Source of the DNA: Candidatus Poseidoniaceae archaeon
GTDB taxonomy: Archaea > Thermoplasmatota > Poseidoniia > Poseidoniales > Poseidoniaceae
DNA: 64,000 nt
Assembly: GCA_016777125.1 (NCBI GenBank)
Contig: JADHSC010000007.1
Span: forward strand, 4,323 to 68,322
Direction of reading: 5' to 3'
In this document: piece after piece, positions 28,267 through 37,665 of the stretch
Position numbering within the stretch: position 1 is the first letter of the stretch
Layout: every line of letters starts with the position of its first letter
Made by a program: the position numbers and the translations under genes
The notes under the pieces: model-generated
Told to the model about the DNA's origin: nothing
Seen by the model: only the letters and a program-made list of their open reading frames with translations
Databases searched by the model: none

Positions 28267-30153
28267 ATGAGTAAAGTAATTGGAATTGATTTAGGAACAA
28301 CAAACAGCTGTGTAGCAACCATCGAAAACGGTGAACCAATCGTTATTGCAAACGCAGAGGGCGCAAGAACCACTCCTTCTGTCGTTGCATTTAGCAAAGA
28401 TGGAGAACGACTTATCGGAATTACCGCCAAGCGACAAGCGGTAACGAACCCTGAACGAACCATGATCTCTGTCAAGAGACATATGGGGACTGACTGGAAT
28501 ACGAAAATCGATGACACCGATTACACGCCTCAAGAAATCTCTGCGTTTATTCTTCAAAAGTTGAAGGCTGATGCTGAAGCATATCTCGGTGTTGAAGTCA
28601 AGCAAGCGGTCATCACATGTCCTGCATACTTCACTGACGCTCAACGAAAGGCAACCAAGGATGCTGGCCGTATTGCAGGGATGGATGTTCTTCGAATCAT
28701 CAACGAACCTACCGCAGCAGCTCTCGCCTATGGTGCTGACAAAGGAGATGACCAAACCATCCTCGTCTACGACTTGGGTGGAGGTACTTTCGACGTATCG
28801 GTTCTTGAAATCTACAACGTTGATGGTCAACCTCAGATTGAAGTAAAGGCCACGGCTGGAAACAATAAACTCGGTGGCGATGATTTCGATGACCGTGTTA
28901 TTGAATGGCTTGTGAGCGAATTCAAGCGAGAAACTGGCATTGATCTCTCCAAGGACAATCAAGCAATGAGCCGCCTCAAGGAAGCTGCTGAGAAAGCGAA
29001 AATTGAACTCTCTGGAACACAATCGTCTCAGATCAATCTTCCATTCATTACAATGAAGGACGGAAATCCAGAACACCTCGATATCACACTCTCTCGTGCA
29101 CGATTTGAGGATTTGATTGCAAAGCATATCGAAGACACAATGGGTCCAACCCGTCAAGCAATGAAAGATGCTGGTATGAAGAAAGGCGATGTAGACAAGG
29201 TCATTCTTGTCGGCGGTTCAACCCGTGTCCCTGCTGTACAAACCGCCATCGAAAACGAAACTGGAAAGGCACCTTACAAGGGAATTAATCCTGATGAAGC
29301 AGTTGCTATGGGCGCTGCACTTCAAGCAGGAATCATCGCTGGTGATGATGGCGTATCCGACATTCTTCTTCTCGATGTAACACCTCTTACACTCGGGATC
29401 GAGACGCTCGGTGGAGTCACAACAACAATGATCGAGCGAAACACAACAATCCCTGCTCGAAGAAGTGAAATCTTTTCAACCGCAAGCGATAATCAGCCTG
29501 CTGTAGAGATTCACGTCCTTCAGGGTGAACGAGAATTCGCAAAGGATAACACAACCCTTGGTCAATTCCACCTCTCTGACATACCACCTGCTCCTCGTGG
29601 AGTCCCTCAAGTTGAGGTTACCTTCGACATTGACGCAAACGGTATCGTTAACGTGAGTGCAAAGGATATGGGTACTGGAAAAGAACACTCCATCAAGATT
29701 GAATCTCAAACATCCTTGAGCGAAGAAGATATTCAAAGCAAGATTGCAGAAGCTGAAAACTTCGCAGAAGAAGACAAGCGCAGAAAAGCAAAGGTCGAAT
29801 TGCGAAATATGGCAGATCAAATCGTCTACCAAACTCGCCGAACCCTCGATGAAAATGAGGACAAACTCGATGCTGCTGATCTTGAACCGGTTCGTGAGAA
29901 ACTCACTGAACTTGAAGCACTTGTCCAAGATGGAGAAGGAAAGCCAATCGATTACGATGCAATGGATGAAGCTACAATTCAAGCAAAGGTCAAGGAAGTT
30001 GAGGAATCAATGCATGCAATCTCATCCAAACTCTATGAGGCTGCTGCTGCTGAAATGGCTGAATCAGAAAACGATGAAGGAGATGGAAACATCAACGTTG
30101 AAAGTGACGATGTTGTTGATGCTGACTTCGAAGTTGTCGATGAAGAAGACTGA
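28267..30153 (+). CDS. dnaK: Chaperone DnaK (Hsp70)
   Basis: [67 protein letters not shown]. Confidence 0.98.
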   Translation: MSKVIGIDLGTTNSCVATIENGEPIVIANAEGARTTPSVVAFSKDGERLIGITAKRQAVTNPERTMISVKRHMGTDWNTKIDDTDYTPQEISAFILQKLKADAEAYLGVEVKQAVITCPAYFTDAQRKATKDAGRIAGMDVLRIINEPTAAALAYGADKGDDQTILVYDLGGGTFDVSVLEIYNVDGQPQIEVKATAGNNKLGGDDFDDRVIEWLVSEFKRETGIDLSKDNQAMSRLKEAAEKAKIELSGTQSSQINLPFITMKDGNPEHLDITLSRARFEDLIAKHIEDTMGPTRQAMKDAGMKKGDVDKVILVGGSTRVPAVQTAIENETGKAPYKGINPDEAVAMGAALQAGIIAGDDGVSDILLLDVTPLTLGIETLGGVTTTMIERNTTIPARRSEIFSTASDNQPAVEIHVLQGEREFAKDNTTLGQFHLSDIPPAPRGVPQVEVTFDIDANGIVNVSAKDMGTGKEHSIKIESQTSLSEEDIQSKIAEAENFAEEDKRRKAKVELRNMADQIVYQTRRTLDENEDKLDAADLEPVREKLTELEALVQDGEGKPIDYDAMDEATIQAKVKEVEESMHAISSKLYEAAAAEMAESENDEGDGNINVESDDVVDADFEVVDEED

Positions 30154-30190
30154 GCATCGGACTTATGTGCACGGCTCAGGTGGATTGTCT

Positions 30191-31801
30191 ATGAGCGAAG
30201 CCCCTATCCTTGAGGAGACGGACCGAACCACTGGACGAGATGCCCTTCGCAAGAACATCCAGGCTGCAATTGCATTGGCCGGAGCAGTTCGCTCAACACT
30301 TGGTCCTAAGGGTCTTGACAAACTCTTGGTCGATGATGAAGGCCGCAGTATGGTGACCAATGATGGAATCACTGTTCTTGAGTCTGCGAAAGTCGAGCAT
30401 CCAATTGCACATATGTTGATTTCAGCCAGTGCAACGCAAGACCAAACGGTTCGAGATGGGACGACAACAACCGTTCTTCTCGCTGCTGAATGGTTGCAAA
30501 ATGCTTGGCATTTAGTCGTACAAGGTGTACACCCTGCCACTATTGCCCGAGGATATCGAATCGCTGAGCAATTCTGCCGAGATGCGATGCCAGAACTCTG
30601 CGTTGAAGCATCAAAGGAACAAATTCTTGCAGCGACAAAGACATCTTTGGCAGGAAAGTTGCATACTCAAATGCAATCTGTCATAGCGAATTGTGCTGTT
30701 ACTGCAGCTGAGACCATTGCCATGGGATCGAAAGGAAAGATTGTTGCTGATCCAACCCGCGTCAAGGTCGTCACTCGAAATGGACCTACAATCGATGAGT
30801 CCAATCTCATCACTGGTCTCGCACTTTCAAAGAAACGGGCGCATCGTGACATGCCCTCAACACTCGGCGCAGGATCAATCCTTCTGGTCGATGGTGGACT
30901 TGAACTACGCTCAATGAGTACTGATGTGAAACTAAATGTCACTTCGACTGAAGTCCTTCAATCGTTTAGAGATGCTGAACATGAACGACTCCTCAAACAA
31001 GTCGAGAAATTGTCAGAACTCGGTATTAACGTCCTTGCCTGTCGAGAAGGTATTGATGATGCAATGCATTCCCATCTCGTAAAAGCAGGTATCCAATCAT
31101 TCCGCAGAGTTGCAAAGAGTGACTTGGAATTGCTTGCAAGAGGTTGTGGAGCATTGCTTGTTCCAAGCATCCATCAGGCTCGAGAAAATGATGTTGGAGT
31201 CTTCATCAAGAGTTACTGTGAACGATGGGGCGATTCAGAACAATGGATACTAGAAGCAGACGAAGGTGGAGCAACATTTGTTGCGACAGGAAGTACTGAA
31301 ACCGTTGTTAGTGAAGTAGAACGATGCTTTGCAGATGCGCTAGGCGTTGCTTGCAAATTGATGGAATCACCCAAACTTGTCCCTGGCGGTGGTGCAACAT
31401 ACATCGCATTAGCTCGTCGACTCCGTCGTTTTGCTGAAACCGTTCCGGGAAGAGAACAACTCGCTATCGAAGCATTTGCTGATGGTTTGGAAACGGTTCC
31501 TCGTGTACTTGCAGAAAATGCTGGTATGGATCCAATCGATACGCTCTTGCAAATTGTTTCGCTTCAATCAACACAAAATGATGATTCAATCGGATTAAAC
31601 GTGATTACGAGAGTTCCAGAAAATATGATCGAATGCGAAGTGGTTGAACCTTCCCGCGTTCTTGAGCAAGCAATCTCTGGTGCATGTGAAGCCTCAGTTG
31701 CTGTATTACGTATTGATGATGTCCTCTGGGCACGACAGGAAATCAGCGTCCCAGAAGATGTTCAAGCATCACTTGACGGCACCGCTCCAGATCGTAGATG
31801 A
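30191..31801 (+). CDS. Divergent group II chaperonin (thermosome) subunit
   Basis: STLGPKGLDK, TNDGITVL, DGTTT, PGGGA, LAENAGMD, LRIDD. True start MSEAP at 30191. Confidence 0.9.
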   Translation: MSEAPILEETDRTTGRDALRKNIQAAIALAGAVRSTLGPKGLDKLLVDDEGRSMVTNDGITVLESAKVEHPIAHMLISASATQDQTVRDGTTTTVLLAAEWLQNAWHLVVQGVHPATIARGYRIAEQFCRDAMPELCVEASKEQILAATKTSLAGKLHTQMQSVIANCAVTAAETIAMGSKGKIVADPTRVKVVTRNGPTIDESNLITGLALSKKRAHRDMPSTLGAGSILLVDGGLELRSMSTDVKLNVTSTEVLQSFRDAEHERLLKQVEKLSELGINVLACREGIDDAMHSHLVKAGIQSFRRVAKSDLELLARGCGALLVPSIHQARENDVGVFIKSYCERWGDSEQWILEADEGGATFVATGSTETVVSEVERCFADALGVACKLMESPKLVPGGGATYIALARRLRRFAETVPGREQLAIEAFADGLETVPRVLAENAGMDPIDTLLQIVSLQSTQNDDSIGLNVITRVPENMIECEVVEPSRVLEQAISGACEASVAVLRIDDVLWARQEISVPEDVQASLDGTAPDRR

Positions 31802-31833
31802 ACGCAATTTAGAGTTTTCCAAATCATAACCAC

Positions 31834-31847
31834 CCTATAAATATAGG
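31834..31847 (+). promoter_or_regulatory. TATA box embedded in the palindrome CCTATA-AA-TATAGG upstream of HMG-CoA synthase
   Basis: Directly visible, 17 nt before the ATG at 31865. Confidence 0.45.
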
Positions 31848-31864
31848 AAATTCAGCGGGAAGAC

Positions 31865-33421
31865 ATGGTCAAAGTTGGGATTGACGATGTGGCGATTCAT
31901 TTTCCTCGCCTCTTCATGGACATGCGAGATTTCGCAGAAATGAGAGGCGCAGATTATGGTAAATTGAACAAAGGACTCGGATTAGAAGCAATGGCTATTC
32001 CAGATGTTCACGAAGATACAGCAACAATGGGCGCCATGGCAGTCATGCGTTTAATCGATCGAAATGGTATTGATCCACGAACGATTGGAAGAATGTATTT
32101 AGGTACAGAATCCGCTTTAGACGGGGCAAAACCAACTGCAACATACATCCTCGATATGCTTACTCAACGATATCAAGACCGTTTTGGAGAGGATTGTTTT
32201 CGAAACTGTGACGTAGTCGATATGACCTTCGCTTGTATCGGGGCTGTTGACGCCCTTCACACAACACTCGATTGGGCTGCACGCACAACCCCCGAAGATG
32301 AGCGAGTTGGAGTTGTTATCTTCTCTGATAATGCAAAATATGATCTTGAGTCAAGTGGAGAATACACACAAGGTGCTGGCGGTGGAGCGCTTCTGATTCG
32401 TCAGAATCCAAGACTCATGGAAATTCCAGATTGCTGGGGCGTCTCAACGACTCCAGTTCATGATTTCTTCAAACCACGTCGAAACGTCAGTCTTCGAAGT
32501 GTCATTACAAACGTCATGCAACTTGCTCAAGAGACTGGTCAATCCCTCAAGAACGGCATTGTTGAGCGAATGGTCAAACACCTTCCTGAATCCACAGTTC
32601 GTCGTCTGGGAATCTTCGCTCACGGAGAAGAATCGGTTAACGTACATCGAGATGAACCCGTCTTTGATGGTCAATTCTCAAATCGCTGTTACCAGCAAGC
32701 TGTCCGTCAGGCGTTTTACAACTTCAGTGAACGGGCAATAAAGCAAAAGCGATGGGATCCTGAACTCGATACTCGCTTTACCCAACAATGGTCTCGAATC
32801 ATCATGCATTTACCGTATGCATTCCAAGCAAAACGAATGTTCCCTGATGTCTTTCGACACGATCGAATCGACACAGACATGTGGCCAAATGTTGTTGAAC
32901 AGATTGGAGAACAACCAAAAAAACCGAATTCTGATGATCCTGAAACTCTTATTGCATGGGAAAAGGAAATGGATGGCTATCGAAGAGCAATTTCAAAAAC
33001 CGATGAATATCTCCAATTCCACAAAGAGCGTATTGAGAAAGGTCAACGTGCTTCAAGCCTGATTGGAAATCAATACACTGGATCAATTTTCCTTGCGCTC
33101 ATGTCAACGTTTGAATCCGATCTCGAAGACAACTCAAGCCTTGAGGGAGAATTGTTCGGACTCTGTGGATACGGTTCAGGAGCGAAGGCGAAAGTCTTCG
33201 AAGGCAAGGTTGCGCCTCAGTGGCGAGAAGTCGTTGCTCGCTGGCAACTCTTCGAACGTCTTGCTGGACGTGTTGCAATCGACGAAATCACCTATGAAAA
33301 TCTACACAAAGGCTTGCAAGAGAACAGTGTTGTTGCTCCACGTGGTGAATTCGCCTTGGTAAACATTAGCGAAGAAGGCAACGATGAAGGTGCTCGAACC
33401 TACAAATGGATTTCACAATAA
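31865..33421 (+). CDS. mvaS: Hydroxymethylglutaryl-CoA synthase (bacterial type)
   Basis: VGID, GLG, ED...M, GTES..D.AKP, FACIGA (catalytic Cys), GEYTQGAG, PVFDGQFS, HLPY, GNQYTGS, GYGSG. Confidence 0.9.
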   Translation: MVKVGIDDVAIHFPRLFMDMRDFAEMRGADYGKLNKGLGLEAMAIPDVHEDTATMGAMAVMRLIDRNGIDPRTIGRMYLGTESALDGAKPTATYILDMLTQRYQDRFGEDCFRNCDVVDMTFACIGAVDALHTTLDWAARTTPEDERVGVVIFSDNAKYDLESSGEYTQGAGGGALLIRQNPRLMEIPDCWGVSTTPVHDFFKPRRNVSLRSVITNVMQLAQETGQSLKNGIVERMVKHLPESTVRRLGIFAHGEESVNVHRDEPVFDGQFSNRCYQQAVRQAFYNFSERAIKQKRWDPELDTRFTQQWSRIIMHLPYAFQAKRMFPDVFRHDRIDTDMWPNVVEQIGEQPKKPNSDDPETLIAWEKEMDGYRRAISKTDEYLQFHKERIEKGQRASSLIGNQYTGSIFLALMSTFESDLEDNSSLEGELFGLCGYGSGAKAKVFEGKVAPQWREVVARWQLFERLAGRVAIDEITYENLHKGLQENSVVAPRGEFALVNISEEGNDEGARTYKWISQ

Positions 33422-33422
33422 C

Positions 33423-34382
33423 TCAATGTTCTTCTGAGAGACCATCAAGCATTGCTTTAACCATCGCTTCAAGACCATAGTTGGGAGACCAGTCCCACTC
33501 CTTCTTTGCTACAGAACCATCAATGGAATCAGGCCATGAATCAGCATACTTCTGGCGAACATCTGGAACAAAATCACATTTGAAACCGTCCACTTCTTGT
33601 GAAATAGCATCAGCCAGTTCCTTAGCGGTAAACGAATGACAATCGATGTTGTATCCTGCTCTTGACGGACCAAGTGCATCACTCTGCGCATCCATTAACA
33701 TCAGAGTTGCCTTGATTGCATCGTCCATGTACAACATAGGCAGACGTGTATCAGGTCGAACAAAGCATTCGTAGTAACCATGATTGATTGCAGCGGAGAA
33801 GATTTCAACAGCATAGTCTGTTGTCCCTCCACCTGCTGGCGCCTTGTATGAAATAAGCCCAGGATAACGAATACCACGAACGTCAATTCCATAGTTGTCC
33901 CCATATTCCTTGGCAAGAGATTCTCCACTTACCTTGGTTTCCCCATAGACGGTTGTCGGATTCAGATCTGTAACCTGTGGAGCATGTTTTGGAGCATCTG
34001 GGCCAAAAACGGCGATCGAAGAAGGTGAGAAAACTCGTAATGAACACTTCTTTGCAGCCTCGAAAACCGATATTGTCCCTCCAACGTTTACTTTTCTGCA
34101 GAGTTCAGGGTTTTTCTCTCCCGTAGCGGAAAGCAACGCTGCTAAGTGATATACAGTCCCTATATCCTCATCAGTGCACAATTTGATGATCGAATCAGTA
34201 TCTAACACATCCAAAGTCACATAGGGGCCTTTACTGGTTGAATTCTGCTCGTTAATACTGCGGATATCCGAGGCGATTACTGAAGACGTACCGTGTTTAT
34301 CTCTCAGAGAGTCGACAAGTTCTGTACCAATCTGACCTAATGCTCCAGTGACCAGAATTTTTTCCCCTTTGGCTTCCGACAT
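33423..34382 (-). CDS. tdh: L-threonine 3-dehydrogenase (SDR/epimerase type)
   Basis: ILVTGALGQIGTEL, HLAALLSATGE, PSSIAVFG, YGETK, RYPGLIS, GGGTTDYAV, LPMLYM.D, A.SWP. Confidence 0.85.
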   Translation of the reverse strand: MSEAKGEKILVTGALGQIGTELVDSLRDKHGTSSVIASDIRSINEQNSTSKGPYVTLDVLDTDSIIKLCTDEDIGTVYHLAALLSATGEKNPELCRKVNVGGTISVFEAAKKCSLRVFSPSSIAVFGPDAPKHAPQVTDLNPTTVYGETKVSGESLAKEYGDNYGIDVRGIRYPGLISYKAPAGGGTTDYAVEIFSAAINHGYYECFVRPDTRLPMLYMDDAIKATLMLMDAQSDALGPSRAGYNIDCHSFTAKELADAISQEVDGFKCDFVPDVRQKYADSWPDSIDGSVAKKEWDWSPNYGLEAMVKAMLDGLSEEH

Positions 34383-34445
34383 CGTTCATCACCTTAGCCA
34401 ATATTGATATGGTATGCGCGACGGCCTAAAAGCCCGTTGATAGAG

Positions 34446-36068
34446 TTGAAGTACGTAATTGTCAGCGGAGGAGTGCTCAGTGGATTGGGCAAAGGTGTCA
34501 CTGCAAGTAGCATTGGCGTCCTCATGAAAAGCGCTGGACTGCGAGTAACTTCTGTCAAAATAGATCCGTATCTTAACAGCGATGCAGGAACAATGAGCCC
34601 GTTTGAACACGGAGAAGTCTTTGTTTTAGACGACGGCGGCGAGGTAGATTTGGACCTCGGCAACTATGAACGATTCCTCGACCTCAATCTTGCTCGCGAT
34701 AATAATCTCACAACAGGAAAAATTTACTCCAAGGTTATTGAAGCTGAACGTCGAGGCGATTATCTTGGAAAAACCGTTCAAGTGATTCCGCATGTGACTG
34801 ATGCAGTACAAGACTGGATTGAGGATGTTGCAAAGCGTCCTGCAGATGGAAGTGACCTTTCTCCAGACGTATGCATTGTTGAACTGGGTGGTACTGTTGG
34901 TGATATTGAAAGTGCACCATATCTGGAAGCCTTACGACAATTCCAATTCCGTGCTGGTAGAGAGAACGTCATCTTCGTTCACGTTTCACTCGTACCTGTG
35001 ATGGGGCCTGTTGGTGAACAGAAAACAAAGCCAACACAACACACTGTTAAGGAATTAATGGGATTAGGAATCACTCCAGATGTTCTTGTTTGCCGTTCAA
35101 GTAAGCCATTAACGCAGGAAACTCGAGACAAACTCGCTGCATTCTGCCATGTGGATTCTAAAGCCGTCTTTTCGACACATGATGTTCCTAACATCTACCA
35201 TGTACCCTTGATGCTTGAAGAGCAAGGTTTCTGTAATATCCTGGATATCGATTGCAATAAAACAGAAATTCTATCCAATTGGAAAAAGATGGCGCATCAT
35301 CTTGACCAACTGGAAGAAGAAGTCCATATTGGAATGGTTGGGAAGTACACCGGCCTTTCTGATGCGTATTTGTCTGTCATAAAATCACTTCAACATGCAG
35401 CGATTGCAGTTGATAGAAAACTTCGTATCGATTGGATTGAAGCGAGCGATCTCGAAGGAAACAACGATTCTGAATCATGGTCTCTTCTCAAGAACGCTCA
35501 CGGCGTCCTTGTCCCTGGTGGATTTGGAGACCGTGGTATCGAAGGAAAGATTCTAGCAGCACAATATGCTCGAGAAAACAACGTCCCCTACCTTGGAATC
35601 TGCCTAGGATTGCAAGTCGCAACCATCGAGTTCTGTCGAAATGTATTGGGAATAAACGATGCAACATCAACTGAATTTGAACCCGATGCAGCAAATCCTG
35701 CTGTTATCTTCATGCCTGAAATCTCCAAGACCCATCTTGGAGGAACAATGCGCCTTGGTTCTCGACCAACCATCTTCCAAGTGGATGATTGTGTGACACG
35801 TCGACTCTATGGTGGATTAGCACAGGTGGATGAGCGACATCGACATCGTTACGAAATTAATCCTGATCTTGTCGATCAAATCGAACAAGCTGGATTGAAA
35901 TTTGTCGGAAAAGACGAGAGTGGACAACGCTGCGAGATCTTTGAACTCGATAACCATCCATTCTTTGTTGGTGTTCAGTATCATCCTGAATTCAAATCAA
36001 GGCCTGGACGACCAAGTCCGCCGTTCCTTGGCCTACTTCTCGCCTCAAGTGGACAAGAATTGCCTTAA
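34446..36068 (+). CDS. pyrG: CTP synthase
   Basis: [63 protein letters not shown]. Probable TTG start at 34446. Confidence 0.97.
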   Translation: MKYVIVSGGVLSGLGKGVTASSIGVLMKSAGLRVTSVKIDPYLNSDAGTMSPFEHGEVFVLDDGGEVDLDLGNYERFLDLNLARDNNLTTGKIYSKVIEAERRGDYLGKTVQVIPHVTDAVQDWIEDVAKRPADGSDLSPDVCIVELGGTVGDIESAPYLEALRQFQFRAGRENVIFVHVSLVPVMGPVGEQKTKPTQHTVKELMGLGITPDVLVCRSSKPLTQETRDKLAAFCHVDSKAVFSTHDVPNIYHVPLMLEEQGFCNILDIDCNKTEILSNWKKMAHHLDQLEEEVHIGMVGKYTGLSDAYLSVIKSLQHAAIAVDRKLRIDWIEASDLEGNNDSESWSLLKNAHGVLVPGGFGDRGIEGKILAAQYARENNVPYLGICLGLQVATIEFCRNVLGINDATSTEFEPDAANPAVIFMPEISKTHLGGTMRLGSRPTIFQVDDCVTRRLYGGLAQVDERHRHRYEINPDLVDQIEQAGLKFVGKDESGQRCEIFELDNHPFFVGVQYHPEFKSRPGRPSPPFLGLLLASSGQELP

Positions 36069-37234
36069 GATTCGAGGATACGAATGACTCGTGTTGTTCG
36101 ATAGCCTTGTAATAATTTTATGAAACGACGCTGTTGATATTCTTCATCGAGTGAAGGATCGCCTGTATCAATACGAACACTGGATAGGCCAAGAAGCTTT
36201 GACGGAGTTGCAACTCCGAGGATTGATTCAAACCCAATGGCTCGAAGAACATCTGGAGAAAGTTGCAAGTTACCCCTTCCAATAAGGAATCCTTGACCGC
36301 CCATTGGGGATAAAAGAAGAATACGAGGCCCTTCGTATCCGACAAGATGTTGCAACAATTGTTGTTCATTCAAATCAGAATGGATTGTTCCTTTGTGTTG
36401 AATATCGATTCCAAGAAGCGTTAATTCCACGTTTAGATGCTCTCCCATTCTTCGCAGCGTACCTCCGCTACCCCAAATGACCATCAGTTCAGGTTCATCA
36501 TCGATCAAGTTCCCAATATGATTGGCTAATCCTTCGATTGTATCGGATTCAGAAGCACGTTCAACTTGTTCCTTTGCTCCTTGCATGAATCGAGGACTGG
36601 AAGGGGTCCAGGCCTCTCCATACATGCGAACCTTCCATTCACCTTTCTGATAGGTTTCCTCGTCCAAGTCCATGACTTCTGTAATGGCCACCATCAAATC
36701 GCCTTGAAGAAAAGCGAGTAATACTTCGGCCGAGGCTTTTGGAGTGGTTGCAAAGCAACCAGAATGCATCTTTACACCGCCAGGAACACCGATCAATGGC
36801 GTTTCATTCCCATCAAGGGCATTGACGATATCTCGAGTCGTTCCATCGCCTCCAGCGTAGAGTATCACATCAACCTCAGCTTCAAGAAGATCCTGGACAA
36901 GATGAGATGTATCTTGGGCTGTTGATTCAGTTGGAGATTCTTTTCGCTGTTCATATTCAAACCCATCAAGCCAATCACCACCCATGCGTCCAGACCATGC
37001 AACGAGAGTAGGTGAAACTCCAATTCGGTTCAAACTGGAAGCAAGAAGTTCCTTGAAGTTAGAAATACATTGTTGCATACGAGGCCCTGCACGATCGACT
37101 GCTCCTGCTTCACGGGCTTCTTTGGCACGCCCATCGCTTCCTTTGAAGCCAAGACGACCGCCGAGTCCGGCATCAGGATTGACGACAATACCGATACGCA
37201 TATCCATACGGAGTCGCCCCTCATTTTCAATCAT
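36065..37234 (-). CDS. ATP-NAD kinase family protein (archaeal COG3199-like)
   Basis: [57 protein letters not shown]. Confidence 0.8.
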   Translation of the reverse strand: MIENEGRLRMDMRIGIVVNPDAGLGGRLGFKGSDGRAKEAREAGAVDRAGPRMQQCISNFKELLASSLNRIGVSPTLVAWSGRMGGDWLDGFEYEQRKESPTESTAQDTSHLVQDLLEAEVDVILYAGGDGTTRDIVNALDGNETPLIGVPGGVKMHSGCFATTPKASAEVLLAFLQGDLMVAITEVMDLDEETYQKGEWKVRMYGEAWTPSSPRFMQGAKEQVERASESDTIEGLANHIGNLIDDEPELMVIWGSGGTLRRMGEHLNVELTLLGIDIQHKGTIHSDLNEQQLLQHLVGYEGPRILLLSPMGGQGFLIGRGNLQLSPDVLRAIGFESILGVATPSKLLGLSSVRIDTGDPSLDEEYQQRRFIKLLQGYRTTRVIRILES

Positions 37235-37315
37235 TGCTCACAGGCAAGGGAAGAAATGAGCTGAACATAATGCAAGAAACCGATGCCTTGAAGTTCTCTA
37301 AAGCGATGGGAATAC

Positions 37316-37609
37316 ATGGTCAAAGAGTCAGCTCCCGACGAAATCGTTCTCGATGACATCATGGAAGAAGGCATGAAAAATATCGGAAAAGGAGAAGCAG
37401 TCCCCGTAAATGAGGAGGTTGTAGTCGAAGAACCCAAGGAGGAGGCGAACACGAATCCTCAATTCGGTTTCAAGCTAGAACCTGTTCAAGCAGAAGAAGA
37501 ATTTGTTGTTGCTCCAGAAAAAGAGGAAGAAGAAGTTCCAAAGAAGGAACAAGTCATTCTCGATAAACCGTCACAAAGTATGGATGATGACATCATCGTT
37601 GAATGGTGA
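37316..37609 (+). CDS. Small, very acidic, probably disordered protein
   Basis: 97-aa E/D-rich ORF filling the intergenic gap before thrS; ends DDDIIVEW. Confidence 0.65.
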   Translation: MVKESAPDEIVLDDIMEEGMKNIGKGEAVPVNEEVVVEEPKEEANTNPQFGFKLEPVQAEEEFVVAPEKEEEEVPKKEQVILDKPSQSMDDDIIVEW

Positions 37610-37665
37610 ATTTAATCGGCGGATTCATCAATGGGACCGTAGACGAAGGAATACGAGGCGTATCA

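Noticed and set aside
28291-29157. Long antisense ORFs in dnaK (also 29476-29982) and in hsp20 (27647-28339)
   Set aside because: They mirror codon bias of highly expressed sense genes; the dnaK antisense ORF is a well-known artefact with no independent motifs
29744-30190. Apparent 685-aa chaperonin with an N-terminal extension or DnaK fusion
   Set aside because: The extension is an alternative frame inside the dnaK 3' end; homology starts at MSEAP (30191)
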